Positions 31,844 through 41,341 of a stretch of 41,341 bases of DNA are shown piece by piece. This DNA comes from Gemmatimonadota bacterium (lineage in GTDB: Bacteria > Gemmatimonadota > Gemmatimonadetes > Gemmatimonadales > GWC2-71-9), in assembly GCA_039591655.1 (NCBI GenBank), contig JBDHDE010000021.1, positions 1-41,341 of the forward strand. The letters are read 5' to 3'. How positions within the stretch are numbered: the stretch's first letter is position 1; the number at the start of each line of letters is the position of its first letter. The notes under the pieces were generated by a model. It saw only the letters and a list, made by a program, of their open reading frames with translations, did no database searches and was not told where the DNA came from. The position numbers and the translations under genes were made by a program.

Positions 31844-32089
31844 ATGCCATTCAATCTCGGCGTCACCGAGCTCGTCGTCATCATGGTGATCCTGCTGCTC
31901 GTGTTCGGTGCCAAGCGGCTGCCCGAGATCGGATCCTCCGTGGGCAAGGGGATCCGGGAATTCAAGAAGAGCATCCGTGAGGTGAAGGGCAGCATCGAGG
32001 AGGACGACGGCAGCGGGGCCCCGCCCCGGCAGATCGACGCGCCGGATGAGGACCCCTCCGGCGGGGAGCCGAAGAAGCTCTCGGAGTAG
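31844..32089 (+). CDS. tatA: Twin-arginine translocase TatA/E subunit
   Basis: LG..EL.....LLVFGAKRLPEIGSSVGKGIREFKK. Confidence 0.95.
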   Translation: MPFNLGVTELVVIMVILLLVFGAKRLPEIGSSVGKGIREFKKSIREVKGSIEEDDGSGAPPRQIDAPDEDPSGGEPKKLSE

Positions 32090-32137
32090 GCGGCGACCCC
32101 CGCAGGGGGGCGGGAGAGCCCTGAGGGGACCCCCGGC

Positions 32138-32180
32138 ACAAAGAGAAGCGGCGTCGCGGAGCCATGCTCCACGACGCCGC
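32138..32180 (-). terminator. Intrinsic terminator of the minus-strand PpiD gene (possibly bidirectional)
   Basis: GCGGCGTCG-c-GGAGC/cat/GCTCC-a-CGACGCCGC hairpin (32148-32180) followed on the minus strand by TTCTCTTTGT. Confidence 0.7.
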
Positions 32181-32200
32181 CATGCGTTCCAGCGCCTGGA

Positions 32201-34066
32201 CTAGAACCCCAGGGGACCCGTGGGGAAGGGGAGACTCGGGGTCGGGGCCTGCTGCTGGCGCCTCACCTCGGCGCGAAGATCCTCTACCTCGGCTTCCTCA
32301 CGCAGCGAGGAGAACACCACCTGGACCCGTGCCTGCTGCGCCTGGGGCAGGCCCTCCTGTCGCAGCGTACCGATCTGGCGTGCGAACTCGACGGTGTCCG
32401 CCGGGACCAGGCCCACCGATTCCACGAGCAGCAGGGCGAGCTGGGTGTCGAACGGTCCCGCCACCTCGCCGGGGCGCATGCCGAACGCGGCGCCGATCGC
32501 CTCCGGCGCACCCCGCAGTGCCGGGGTGGGCGTCAGCCTGGTGAACGGCCCCACCGTCTGCGGGGTGAGGTTGTGCCGCCGGGCTGCCTCTCCCAGAGTT
32601 GCCCCGTCAGCGACCTCCTGCAGCAGCGCGGCGGCCAGGCTGCGCGCTGCCTCCCACTGGAGCTCGCGCTTGGCGGAGCGGGTTACCTCGTCCCGGATCT
32701 CCTCCAGCGGCGGTGCCGCTTCGGGGAGCAGGCTGTCCAACCGGAACAGGTAGTAGGCCCAGTCGGTCTCGATGATCTGCGAGGTCTGTCCCGGGGTCGC
32801 CTCGAAGGCCCACAGGTGAATGTCCGGGATGACGAACCGTCCCAGCTGGAGCCGGTCGCCCTCGTACAGCCGACCCGTCGGTGCCAGCGGGAGGTCCATC
32901 CGGATCGCCACGCTGTCGAGGGCCGTCGGGTCGTCCTGGTCGGCTGCCAGCATGTCCAGCGAGTCCGCCCGCAGATCGACTTCCTCCAGGTGGTCCCCGT
33001 AGAGCTCGAGCGGAATGAGGATGTGGCTCGCGTGGTATGACGTGTCACCCTTCGACTCGAGCCGGATTACGTGGTAGCCGAACCGGGTGAGCACCGGTTG
33101 CGAGAGTTGCCCCGGTCTGAGGGCGAGGGCCGCCTCCTCGAACGGCGGCACGAACGCCCCCAGGTTCACCTCGCCCAGGTCGCCGCCGGTCTCGCGGTTC
33201 GCCGAGTCGGCCGACTCCCGGGCCGCGACCGCGGCGAAATCGGTGCCGTCGAGGATCTCCTGGCGCACCGCCTGGGCCCGGGTCAGCGCGGCGGCGGAGT
33301 CGCTGGCATCGGGACGGCGGGAGGTGGCCACGAAGCTCATGAACGCCTGCGCCGGCCGCTCGAACTCGTCGCGATGGTCGCGGTAGTAGCGGCGCAGGTC
33401 GTCGTCGGTCACCTCCACCTGCTCCTCGTCAACGGCCGTCTGCGGAATGATGGCCACCACGTTGGCCGTGGCCGAGTCGTTCTGGTCCCGGAACATGCGC
33501 CATAGTCTGGCGTCGGAGAGGTACACGTCCTCGGTCACGCGCTCCAGGAGCTTGATCCGCGGCAGCTCCTCGCGGTAGCGCGCCTCGAGAGCCAAGGCAA
33601 AGTTCGGGTCGACGCCGGAGCGCAGGTAGCGCTGGTACTTCTCGAGGTCGAACTGGCCCTCGGTCTGGAACTCCGGCACCTGTTGCAGCTCGGGGAGCGG
33701 GGCGTTCAACAGGAGCTGCCGGATCTCCTCGTCGCTCACCGTGATCCCCCGCCGCATATACTCCTCATTCAGCAGGATCTGCTGGATGAGCTGCTCGAGA
33801 ACCTGGTCCTCCAGCGCCCGTTGCTCCTCCAGCGTGGTAAACGTCGGGGCTCCGGCGAGGCGCTGCTGCTCCTGGGCGTTGCGCACGGCGGCGTAGAAGG
33901 TCTGCAGGTCGATGGCTCGCCCGTTCACCACCGCCACCTCGCTGGCCGTAGCGCCGGAGCTCTGGCCGGTGACGTCCATGCCCACCTCGAACACCATCCA
34001 ACCGACGAAGCTGACGGCGACGATCAACATGATCCAGGGCGCGATGGCCCGCATGGTCCGCATCAT
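32201..34066 (-). CDS. PpiD/SurA-family membrane-anchored periplasmic chaperone with parvulin PPIase domain
   Basis: AGGAG SD; N-terminal TM; SurA_N-like VAVVNG..I, F.TEGQFD.EKY; rotamase FAAVAARESAD...GGDLG...FVPPFEEAA.AL.PGQLS.PV.TRFGYHVI. Confidence 0.88.
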   Translation of the reverse strand: MMRTMRAIAPWIMLIVAVSFVGWMVFEVGMDVTGQSSGATASEVAVVNGRAIDLQTFYAAVRNAQEQQRLAGAPTFTTLEEQRALEDQVLEQLIQQILLNEEYMRRGITVSDEEIRQLLLNAPLPELQQVPEFQTEGQFDLEKYQRYLRSGVDPNFALALEARYREELPRIKLLERVTEDVYLSDARLWRMFRDQNDSATANVVAIIPQTAVDEEQVEVTDDDLRRYYRDHRDEFERPAQAFMSFVATSRRPDASDSAAALTRAQAVRQEILDGTDFAAVAARESADSANRETGGDLGEVNLGAFVPPFEEAALALRPGQLSQPVLTRFGYHVIRLESKGDTSYHASHILIPLELYGDHLEEVDLRADSLDMLAADQDDPTALDSVAIRMDLPLAPTGRLYEGDRLQLGRFVIPDIHLWAFEATPGQTSQIIETDWAYYLFRLDSLLPEAAPPLEEIRDEVTRSAKRELQWEAARSLAAALLQEVADGATLGEAARRHNLTPQTVGPFTRLTPTPALRGAPEAIGAAFGMRPGEVAGPFDTQLALLLVESVGLVPADTVEFARQIGTLRQEGLPQAQQARVQVVFSSLREEAEVEDLRAEVRRQQQAPTPSLPFPTGPLGF

Positions 34067-34149
34067 GGGTGTGACTCCTGCCGGAAGCCTTCTCGGGACC
34101 CCGCCGGGGCCCCTTGTGGAGGCCGCCGCCGGCCCCCCGAGAGCCGCTA

Positions 34150-34178
34150 AGTCTAAGTGTGACAAGGCGGAATCTCAA
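34150..34178 (-). promoter_or_regulatory. Sigma70 promoter for the PpiD gene
   Basis: Minus strand TTGAGA, 17-nt spacer, TAGACT. Confidence 0.55.
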
Positions 34179-34188
34179 CCCGGGCCGG

Positions 34189-34216
34189 TTGACAGTGCGT
34201 CAAAGTGCACTAGTTT
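34189..34216 (+). promoter_or_regulatory. Sigma70 promoter for the TPR-aroQ-efp-acc operon (divergent partner)
   Basis: TTGACA (34189-34194), 16-nt spacer, TAGTTT (34211-34216); overlaps the palindrome TTGAC-N5-GTCAA. Confidence 0.55.
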
Positions 34217-34254
34217 CGGGGGCGACACCACGCACAGGCCCGCAACCCCACGCC

Positions 34255-35913
34255 ATGGCCTATCAGAGCGAAATAGAGAAGCTCGAGCAGCGCTTCGGTG
34301 AGAAGCCGGAGCAGTGGTTCGCCGCCCTGGCGGACGCCTATCGCAAGGCCGGCGAGCTGGACATGGCGTTGGACATCCTCAACATCTGGGTCGAGAAGCG
34401 CCCCAACTACACCAGCGGCTACATCGTGCTGGGTCGCTGCCTGCTGGACAAGGAGCAGCACGACCAGGCCCAGACCGCGTTCCAGGAGGTCCTGGAGCTC
34501 GATCCCGAGAACATCATCGCCATCAAGGCGCTGAGCGATATCGCGGAGCGCCGCGGGGAGACAGACGAGGCCCGCCACTGGCTGGAGCGGCTCCTCGAGG
34601 TAGATCCGATGAACGAGGATGCGCACCAGGCGCTCGAGGCCCTGGGTGCGAGTGGTGCGGCCGCCACCGAGGAAGCGGCGGCGCCGCCGACCGCGGCAGA
34701 GCCGGAAGCCGGTGCCGCGGTGAAGTCCGGGCCGGCTCCCACGCCGTTCGGCGCGCTGTCCATCGCGGACCAGATGAAGCGCGACATGGAGGAACGGCGC
34801 TCGCAGCAGGCGGAGGCGGTGGAGGAGACCGAGGCTCCCGCCGTGGAGGAGGTGACGCTGGACATGGAGCCGGAGGCCGCGGCCACCGCGGAGCCTCCTG
34901 AGCCTGCGGAGCCTCTTGCCCTCGTGGAGCCGCCTCCCCCCATGGCGCCGCCCGCCCCCGTGGAGCCGGCTCCCCCCGCGGAGCCCGCTCCCCCAGTAGA
35001 AGCCACCGAGCCGGCGGGTGCTCCCAGCGGGGGGTTTGAGGCTCCGGATCTCAGTGTAGCCCCCGTCGAGCCGCACGCGGACGCTCCCGACCTGGACGTA
35101 GCGCCGCCGCCCCTGCCCGAGACGCTCCCCGAGACGCCGGCCCTCGAGGGACTGGAGGCTCCACCGTCCCTGCCGCCGCGGGAGTCGGTGCCCGTGGCCG
35201 GCTTGCAGTCCCTGGACAGCTTCGAGGAGCTTAAGGAGGAGGCGGTGGCGGAGGAGGCGCCCCAGGCGCCCGGGCTGCAGGAGCCCGACCTCCCGGTGTC
35301 TCCCCCACCCGCTCAGCCGGTGGCTGAGGAGGAGCTCCCCCTCATCATGCCGGAAGAGGTGGCGCCGGAGCCCGAGCCGGTGCTCACCGAGACGATGGCC
35401 GAGGTCTACGCCCGCCAGGGGCTCTACCGCGAGGCGGCAGCGATCTATGAGCAGCTGCTGGCCGCGCAGCCCGGCAATGAGCAGCTCCTCGCCCGGCTGG
35501 CCGAGGTGCAGGCCCAGGCGACTGCGGCACCGGCTGCGGTCGAGCGGGCCAAAGAGGCACGCTTCGCGGCGGCCACCACGGGAGGCCAATCGGTGCGGGC
35601 CATGCTGGCCGAGATGCTCGGCTCGGCGCCAGGAGAGGCTCCGCCCGCCGCGGCTGCGCCACCGGCGGCTGCGGCTCCCGCACCGGCGCCCCAGGCACCG
35701 GCGGCTGCCGTCCCCGAGGCGCCAGAGGCTCCTGCCCCACAGGAGCCCGAGGAAGCGGCGGAGCCGGAGGGGGATGACTTCTCGTTCGACCAGTTCTTCG
35801 GTGACGAGAAGCAGGAGTCCGACCGGACCTCCGGCCCCAGCACCCGTCGCGCCGCCGAGGAGGGGGGCAGCGACGACGACTTCCGCGACTGGCTCAAGGG
35901 TCTCAAAGGGTAA
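34255..35913 (+). CDS. TPR protein with a long Pro/Ala/Glu-rich disordered region
   Basis: N-terminal TPRs (FAALADAYRKAG, YTSGYIVLGRC, LDPENIIAIKAL), internal VLTETMAEVYARQG TPR, C-terminal FSFDQFF...DDFRDWLKGLK. Confidence 0.85.
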   Translation: MAYQSEIEKLEQRFGEKPEQWFAALADAYRKAGELDMALDILNIWVEKRPNYTSGYIVLGRCLLDKEQHDQAQTAFQEVLELDPENIIAIKALSDIAERRGETDEARHWLERLLEVDPMNEDAHQALEALGASGAAATEEAAAPPTAAEPEAGAAVKSGPAPTPFGALSIADQMKRDMEERRSQQAEAVEETEAPAVEEVTLDMEPEAAATAEPPEPAEPLALVEPPPPMAPPAPVEPAPPAEPAPPVEATEPAGAPSGGFEAPDLSVAPVEPHADAPDLDVAPPPLPETLPETPALEGLEAPPSLPPRESVPVAGLQSLDSFEELKEEAVAEEAPQAPGLQEPDLPVSPPPAQPVAEEELPLIMPEEVAPEPEPVLTETMAEVYARQGLYREAAAIYEQLLAAQPGNEQLLARLAEVQAQATAAPAAVERAKEARFAAATTGGQSVRAMLAEMLGSAPGEAPPAAAAPPAAAAPAPAPQAPAAAVPEAPEAPAPQEPEEAAEPEGDDFSFDQFFGDEKQESDRTSGPSTRRAAEEGGSDDDFRDWLKGLKG

Positions 35914-36357
35914 GTGCGCGTCGCGGTCCTCAACGGTCCCAACCTCAACCTCCTAGGATCGCGCGAGCCCGAGCTGTACGGGTCTGAGCGGCTCGAGGAT
36001 CTGGAGCGCCTCGTGCGCGGGCGGGCCGAGGAGCTGGCAGTGGACGTGGCGTGGCACCAGACGAACCACGAGGGGGAGCTCGTGGACCTGGTGCAGGCGC
36101 TGCCCCGCACGGCGGACGGCGCCGTGGTCAACGCCGCGGCGTTCACCCACACGTCGCTGGCCGTGCGCGATGCGTTCCTCGCGGTCGAGGTCCCGTTCGT
36201 CGAGGTGCACCTGAGCAACATCTTCGCCCGGGAGCCGGAGCGCCGGCACTCGCTCCTGGCTGACCTCGCGGTGGGGGTCGTAGCGGGCTGCGGCTCCCGC
36301 GGCTACGTGTGGGCGCTGGAGGCGATCGTGGCGCACCTCGAGAGCCGTGGGGACTGA
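35914..36357 (+). CDS. aroQ: Type II 3-dehydroquinate dehydratase
   Basis: LNGPNLNLLGSREPELYG, QTNHEGEL, NAAAFTHTS.A.RDA, EVHLSNI.ARE. Confidence 0.97.
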   Translation: MRVAVLNGPNLNLLGSREPELYGSERLEDLERLVRGRAEELAVDVAWHQTNHEGELVDLVQALPRTADGAVVNAAAFTHTSLAVRDAFLAVEVPFVEVHLSNIFAREPERRHSLLADLAVGVVAGCGSRGYVWALEAIVAHLESRGD

Positions 36358-37441
36358 CCGGCGGGGCGACCGCCGCGCGGCGCTGCTTCGGCTCCTCGCC
36401 CAGCAGGGGCTCGACGGCCTGATCGTCACGGCGCTGGCCAACGTCCGCTACCTCACGGGATTCACGGGGTCGGCAGGCGTGGCCGTGGTGCTCGCCGAGG
36501 AGACGCTGTTCTTCTCGGACTTTCGCTACCGCACCCAGTCGGACCACGAGGTGGGCGATCTCGCCCGGATCGAGATCACCACCAACGATCTGTGGGAGCG
36601 CGTCGGGGAGGTCTTAAGCGGGTACGCCGGAGTCCGCTCCCTGGGGGTCGAGGCTCGGGCGGTGAGCGTGAGCGAGCACGAGCGCATCGGCCGGGCGGTT
36701 AAGCGCGCCGCGCTCGAGCCCACCACCGATCTCGTAGAGGGGCTCAGGGTTGAGAAGGCGCCCGAAGAGGTGGCGGCGATCCGCCAGGCGGCCGAGCTAG
36801 CCGCAGAGGCGCTGGAGGCCACCCTGGCCACCGTGCGACCGGGCCAGCGGGAGGTGGACGTCGCGGCGCGCCTGGAGCACGAGCTGCGGCTGCGGGGCAG
36901 TGAGTGGCACCCATTTCACACCACGGTGGCCTCCGGCCCCCAGGCGGCGCTGCCCCACGCCCGCGCCACGGAGCGGGAAATCGGCGTGGGCGAGCTGCTG
37001 CTCCTTGACTTCGGGGCACAGGTGGATGGATACTGCGCGGACATCACCCGCACGGTGGTGGTTGGGGCGGCGGCCGACGAGCGGCAGCGCACCATCTATG
37101 CGCTGGTACGGGAGGCGCAACTCGCTGCGCGCGAGCACATGCGGGCCGGCATGACCGGGCGTGACGCCGACGCGTTGGCGCGCTCGGTGATCGAGGCCCG
37201 GGGCTTCGGCGACGCGTTCGGACACTCGCTGGGGCACGGGCTCGGGCTCGAGGTTCATGAGGCGCCCCGGGTGAGCTGCAAGAACGAGGACCCGCTGCCC
37301 GATGGAGCGGTGGTGACGATCGAGCCCGGCGTGTACGTTCCTGGGTGGGGTGGGGTGCGGATCGAGGACGACGTTCACTTGACGCCCGGCGGCCTCGTGT
37401 TGTTGTCCGACGGCGAGACACAATTGCGAGAGCTCACGTAG
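36347..37441 (+). CDS. Xaa-Pro aminopeptidase/dipeptidase (M24)
   Basis: YLTGFTGS, D.RY, ALPHA, DFGA..DGYCADITRT, HSLGHGLGLEVHE, TIEPGVY, RIEDD. Confidence 0.93.
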   Translation: MGTDRRGDRRAALLRLLAQQGLDGLIVTALANVRYLTGFTGSAGVAVVLAEETLFFSDFRYRTQSDHEVGDLARIEITTNDLWERVGEVLSGYAGVRSLGVEARAVSVSEHERIGRAVKRAALEPTTDLVEGLRVEKAPEEVAAIRQAAELAAEALEATLATVRPGQREVDVAARLEHELRLRGSEWHPFHTTVASGPQAALPHARATEREIGVGELLLLDFGAQVDGYCADITRTVVVGAAADERQRTIYALVREAQLAAREHMRAGMTGRDADALARSVIEARGFGDAFGHSLGHGLGLEVHEAPRVSCKNEDPLPDGAVVTIEPGVYVPGWGGVRIEDDVHLTPGGLVLLSDGETQLRELT

Positions 37442-37451
37442 GCTCGAGGCC

Positions 37452-38012
37452 ATGGCGACAACGGCGGATTTCCGGAACGGGTTGGTGCTCCAGATTGACG
37501 GGCAACTGTTCCAGGTTGTCTATTTTCAGCATGTGAAGCCGGGCAAGGGGGGTGCCTTTGTCCGCAGCAAGCTCAAGAACGTGCTGAGCGGTGCGGTGAT
37601 CGAGCGCACCTGGACGGCGGGCGAGCGGGTCAATGAAGTGCGGCTGGAGCGGCGGCCGGTGCAGTACTCGTATCACGACGGTCACCTCTACCACTTCATG
37701 GACATGCAGACATACGAGGACATCCCGATCAACGAAGAGGTGATCGGCGAAGGCCAGCTGCGGTACCTGAAGGAGGCGATGGAGTGCAGCGGGCTGGTGC
37801 ACGACGGCAGTGTCATCTCGATCGAGCTGCCCTTCTTCATCGAATTGCAGGTGGTGGAGACGGATCCCGGCGTGCGGGGCGACACGGCCCAGGGGGGAAC
37901 GAAGCCGGCCAAGCTGGAAACCGGCGCCGTAGTCCAGGTGCCGCTCTTCGTGGAGCAGGGCGAGATGATCAGGGTTGACCGACGCGAAGACAAGTACCTC
38001 GAGCGCGTATGA
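37452..38012 (+). CDS. efp: Elongation factor P
   Basis: HVKPGKGGAFVR, TDPGVRGDTA.GGTKPA.LETG, VPLFV. Confidence 0.98.
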   Translation: MATTADFRNGLVLQIDGQLFQVVYFQHVKPGKGGAFVRSKLKNVLSGAVIERTWTAGERVNEVRLERRPVQYSYHDGHLYHFMDMQTYEDIPINEEVIGEGQLRYLKEAMECSGLVHDGSVISIELPFFIELQVVETDPGVRGDTAQGGTKPAKLETGAVVQVPLFVEQGEMIRVDRREDKYLERV

Positions 38013-38518
38013 AAGACCTACAACTCCTCGAGCGGATGCTGGAGCTCCTGAACCAGACCGGGGCAGGGGCCATCGAGATCCGCAAAAATCTGTGGAGCAC
38101 GACTATCCGGGTCTCCAAGGACGCGGCCTTCGGGCACTCGGGGCCGGTGACGTACCAGGTGGCCGCTCCGGGAGGGTCGCCGAATCCGGATGGTGCAGCG
38201 GCGGAGACGCTTCCCCCGAGGAGCGGGGAAGCAGGAAAGGAAAAGGGGGAAGGGGCGGCGGCGGTGGAGACCCACCTCCATGAGATCAAGTCGCCGATGG
38301 TGGGCACGTTCTACGCGCAGCCGGAGCCCGGCGCGGAGCCCTATGTGCAGGTGGGGAGCCGCCTCAGCCCCGGACTCACGCTGTGCATCATCGAGGCGAT
38401 GAAGATCATGAACCCCATCGATGCTGAGGTGTCCGGCGTGATCAAGGAGATCGTGGTACAGGACGCGCAGCCCGTCGAGTACGGCCAGGTGCTGTTCAGG
38501 GTGGATACCAATGCCTGA
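38009..38518 (+). CDS. accB: Acetyl-CoA carboxylase biotin carboxyl carrier protein
   Basis: IKSPMVGTFY, biotinylation site EAMKIMN, PVEYGQVLF. Confidence 0.95.
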   Translation: MKDLQLLERMLELLNQTGAGAIEIRKNLWSTTIRVSKDAAFGHSGPVTYQVAAPGGSPNPDGAAAETLPPRSGEAGKEKGEGAAAVETHLHEIKSPMVGTFYAQPEPGAEPYVQVGSRLSPGLTLCIIEAMKIMNPIDAEVSGVIKEIVVQDAQPVEYGQVLFRVDTNA

Positions 38519-39680
38519 TCCCTCGAACCTCCCCCCGTTCAACTTCAAGGGGGCCATCACCGAGATGGTCCAGCGCAACGGCTCCGACCTGCACCTCAAG
38601 GTCGGCCGTCCGCCCACGATCCGGGTAGCCGGGGAGCTGCTCCAGCTCAACCAGGCGCTGCTCAAGCCCGACGAGCTGAAGGCGCTCGCCGAGCAGATCA
38701 TGACCCCGCGGCAGGTCAAGGAGTTCGCCGAGCACAAGGAAGCGGACTTCGCCATCGGGGTGCCCGGGGTGGGACGGTTCCGGACCAACGTCTTCCAGCA
38801 GCGCGGCACGCTGGCGTTCGTGTTCCGGGCGATTCCCTACGAGGTGAAGACGGTCAGGGAGCTCAACCTGCCGACGGTGCTGGAGAAGATCTGCCTCAAG
38901 CCCCGCGGCCTGGTGCTCGTCACCGGGGTGACGGGCTCGGGCAAGTCGACGTGCCTCGCGGCGATGATCGACCACGTCAACCGGAACCGCCGCTGCAACA
39001 TCATCACCATCGAGGACCCCATCGAGTTCCTGCACCGGGACGGCGTGTCCAACATCTCGCAGCGCGAGGTGGGAAGCGACACGCTGTCGTTCGAAGCGGC
39101 GCTGCGGCATGTGCTGCGGCAGGACCCCGACGTGATCCTCATCGGTGAGATCCGGGACCGCATCACCCTCGATACCGCCATGAAAGCAGCCGACACGGGC
39201 CATCTGGTCTTCTCCACGCTGCACACCACCGACGCCACGCAGACGGTGAACCGCGTCATCTCGTTCTTCCCGCCGCACGAGCACGGCGCGGTGCGGAGCC
39301 TGCTGTCCACGGCGATGGAGGCGGTGGTCTCGTTGCGGCTGGTGCCCACCAAGGACGGCCAGAACCGGGTGCCGGCCTGCGAGATCCTGATCAACACTGC
39401 GGCGGTGCGTGACAACGTCCGGGATGCCGAGAAGGCGCTGGCGATTCCGGACCTGATCAAGGAAGGGACGGTGCAGTACGGCATGCAGTCGTTCGACCAG
39501 TCCCTGATGCAGTGGTACCAGAAGGGGACCGTCACCTACGAGGCGGCCCTGTTCCATTCCAGCAACCCGAACGAGTTCGCGCTACGGGTGAGCGGGATCG
39601 AGGGGACCTCGGACCGTACGTTCGCCGAGGAGGCGATCAAGGGGTCCGACGACGCCGACATCGAGCGCTTCGACAAGTAG
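38511..39680 (+). CDS. pilT: PilT/PilU-family type IV pilus retraction ATPase
   Basis: [20 protein letters not shown], Walker [57 protein letters not shown] variant AVRDNVRD. Confidence 0.92.
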   Translation: MPDPSNLPPFNFKGAITEMVQRNGSDLHLKVGRPPTIRVAGELLQLNQALLKPDELKALAEQIMTPRQVKEFAEHKEADFAIGVPGVGRFRTNVFQQRGTLAFVFRAIPYEVKTVRELNLPTVLEKICLKPRGLVLVTGVTGSGKSTCLAAMIDHVNRNRRCNIITIEDPIEFLHRDGVSNISQREVGSDTLSFEAALRHVLRQDPDVILIGEIRDRITLDTAMKAADTGHLVFSTLHTTDATQTVNRVISFFPPHEHGAVRSLLSTAMEAVVSLRLVPTKDGQNRVPACEILINTAAVRDNVRDAEKALAIPDLIKEGTVQYGMQSFDQSLMQWYQKGTVTYEAALFHSSNPNEFALRVSGIEGTSDRTFAEEAIKGSDDADIERFDK

Positions 39681-39681
39681 C

Positions 39682-41040
39682 GTGTTCAAGAAAGTCCTCA
39701 TCGCGAACCGCGGGGAGATCGCCCTGCGGGTCATCCGCGCGTGCCACGAGCTCGAGCTCGAGACAGTGGCGGTCTACAGCGAGGCGGACAGGGACTGCCT
39801 GCACGTGCGGTTCTCCGACGATGACGTCTGTATCGGACCGCCACCCTCACGCCTCTCCTATCTCCGCATCCCCAACATCATCGCCGCCGCCGAGCTGACG
39901 GGGGCCGACGCGATCCATCCGGGCTACGGCTTCCTGGCCGAGAACCCGATGTTTGCCGAGACCTGCGAGGCCTCCAACATCACATTTATCGGGCCCACCG
40001 CCGAGCAGATCCGGCTGATGGGCGACAAGGCAGCGGCGCGGCAGATGGTGCAGGAGCTGGACATCCCGGTCATCCCGGGCTCCGACGGCGCCATCGAGGA
40101 CGCGGATGCGGCGCTCAAGGTCGCGGAGGAGCTCGGGTTCCCGGTGATCATCAAGGCCGCCGCTGGTGGCGGGGGGAAGGGGATGCGGGTGGCGCTGGAT
40201 GCGGCGAGCTTCGCACAGGCGTTCCAGTTGGCGCGCAACGAGGCCCTCGCGGCGTTCGGCTCGGCGGAGGTCTACGTCGAGAAGTACCTGGAGCGGCCGC
40301 GCCACATCGAGATCCAGGTGATGGGGGACCGGCACCACAATGTGATGCACCTGTGCGAGCGCGACTGCTCGGTGCAGCGCCGCCACCAGAAGCTGATCGA
40401 GCAGGCGCCCAGCCCGGTGGTGAACCAGGAGCTGCGGGAGCGGATGGGCGAATGCGCCGTGCGCACCGTGGAGCGCACCGGCTACGTGGGTGCCGGCACG
40501 GTGGAGTTCCTGCTGGACGAAGACGGTCACTTCTACTTCATGGAGATGAACACGCGGATCCAGGTCGAGCATCCGGTGACCGAGATGGTCACCAACTTCG
40601 ATCTGGTGAAGGAGCAGATCCGCGTGGCCGCCGGCGAGAAGCTCTCCCTCACGCTTAAGGGCCAGCGGCTGCGGGGGCACTCTATCGAGTGCCGGGTGAA
40701 TGCCGAGGATCCGTTCCGCAACTTTCAGCCGTCGCCGGGGACGATCACGGTGTTCCATCCCCCCGGCGGCCCGGGGGTGCGGGTCGACACCCACATCTAC
40801 GCGGGCTACACCGTGCCGCCGTACTACGACTCGCTGATCGCCAAGCTGATCGTGCACGGCAACACCCGGGAGGAGGCGCTGGTGCGGATGCGTCACGCCC
40901 TCGAGTCGTTCATCATCGAGGGAGTGACGACGACCATCCCGTTCCTGCGGCGGGTGATCGAGCATCCCGACTTTGCCGCCGGCAAGGTGGACACTAAATT
41001 CCTGGAGCGAGAGACCCAGCTCTTCGAGCCTACGGGATGA
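39682..41040 (+). CDS. accC: Biotin carboxylase
   Basis: [64 protein letters not shown]. Confidence 0.97.
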   Translation: MFKKVLIANRGEIALRVIRACHELELETVAVYSEADRDCLHVRFSDDDVCIGPPPSRLSYLRIPNIIAAAELTGADAIHPGYGFLAENPMFAETCEASNITFIGPTAEQIRLMGDKAAARQMVQELDIPVIPGSDGAIEDADAALKVAEELGFPVIIKAAAGGGGKGMRVALDAASFAQAFQLARNEALAAFGSAEVYVEKYLERPRHIEIQVMGDRHHNVMHLCERDCSVQRRHQKLIEQAPSPVVNQELRERMGECAVRTVERTGYVGAGTVEFLLDEDGHFYFMEMNTRIQVEHPVTEMVTNFDLVKEQIRVAAGEKLSLTLKGQRLRGHSIECRVNAEDPFRNFQPSPGTITVFHPPGGPGVRVDTHIYAGYTVPPYYDSLIAKLIVHGNTREEALVRMRHALESFIIEGVTTTIPFLRRVIEHPDFAAGKVDTKFLERETQLFEPTG

Positions 41041-41341
41041 AGCTCACCGTCTACTTCACGCCTCTGGGTGTCACCCCCAACGCAATAACAGGCAAACCGG
41101 TTCTCGTCGTGGACGTGTTGCGTACCACGACCACGATGATCGCCGCCCTGGCCAACGGGGCGAAGGCGATCGTGCCGGCGGCCACGGCCGAGGATGCGCT
41201 GCGCCTCGCCGCCAACCTGGAGCGCGACGCGGTGCTGCTGGCCGGCGAGCGCGGGGCGGAGCGCATCGCGGGGTTCGCCCTGGGGAACTCGCCGCTGGAG
41301 ATGGAGCCGGACACCGTCACGGGCAAGACCCTCGTGATGGC
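41037..41341 (+). CDS. comB: 2-phosphosulfolactate phosphatase (ComB family), truncated at the right edge
   Basis: ATGA overlap with accC; manual translation MKLTVYFTP...[10 protein letters not shown]...[21 protein letters not shown]. Confidence 0.88.
   Translation, partial: MKLTVYFTPLGVTPNAITGKPVLVVDVLRTTTTMIAALANGAKAIVPAATAEDALRLAANLERDAVLLAGERGAERIAGFALGNSPLEMEPDTVTGKTLVM

Noticed and set aside
34860..35800. Repeated GAGCC/CCGG motifs as a possible CRISPR or DNA repeat array
   Set aside because: They are irregular in-frame codons for a Pro/Ala/Glu linker with no repeat-spacer periodicity, and no cas genes are present.

Overview
High-GC bacterial chromosomal segment. Gene content and order suggest Gemmatimonadota (inference). 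Order: acs (minus strand, runs off the left edge) | radC, rel (RelA/SpoT), uvrB-tsaE-tsaB-rimI, bifunctional FTCD, ssb-LysM protein, an envelope operon (NAD-epimerase-tolQ-tolR-tolA-tolB-pal-cpoB-[tatC::lptD-like fusion]), an FN3-like lipoprotein with a sigma54-type promoter, hutH-hutU-hutI, an SgmX-like TPR protein-polyprenyl synthase-DUF4321-like-tatA, PpiD/SurA (minus strand), and TPR protein-aroQ-Xaa-Pro peptidase-efp-accB-pilT-accC-comB (runs off the right edge). I saw no rRNA, tRNA, CRISPR array or transposase. Main signals: (1) one 1167-aa ORF joins a complete TatC to an LptD-like outer-membrane protein through an internal signal-peptide-like segment, a candidate signal-peptidase-processed polyprotein; (2) a 144-bp palindromic MITE/RPE-like element sits in frame inside the TolB signal peptide; (3) an animal-like FTCD appears to finish a Hut pathway with no hutG/hutF in the window; (4) three genes appear to need non-canonical starts (two CTG in near-identical contexts); (5) type IV pilus accessory genes are dispersed here, with pilT wedged between accB and accC; (6) exported proteins look enriched in Bacteroidota-type O-glycosylation sequons. 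Family calls come from motif recognition, not database searches.
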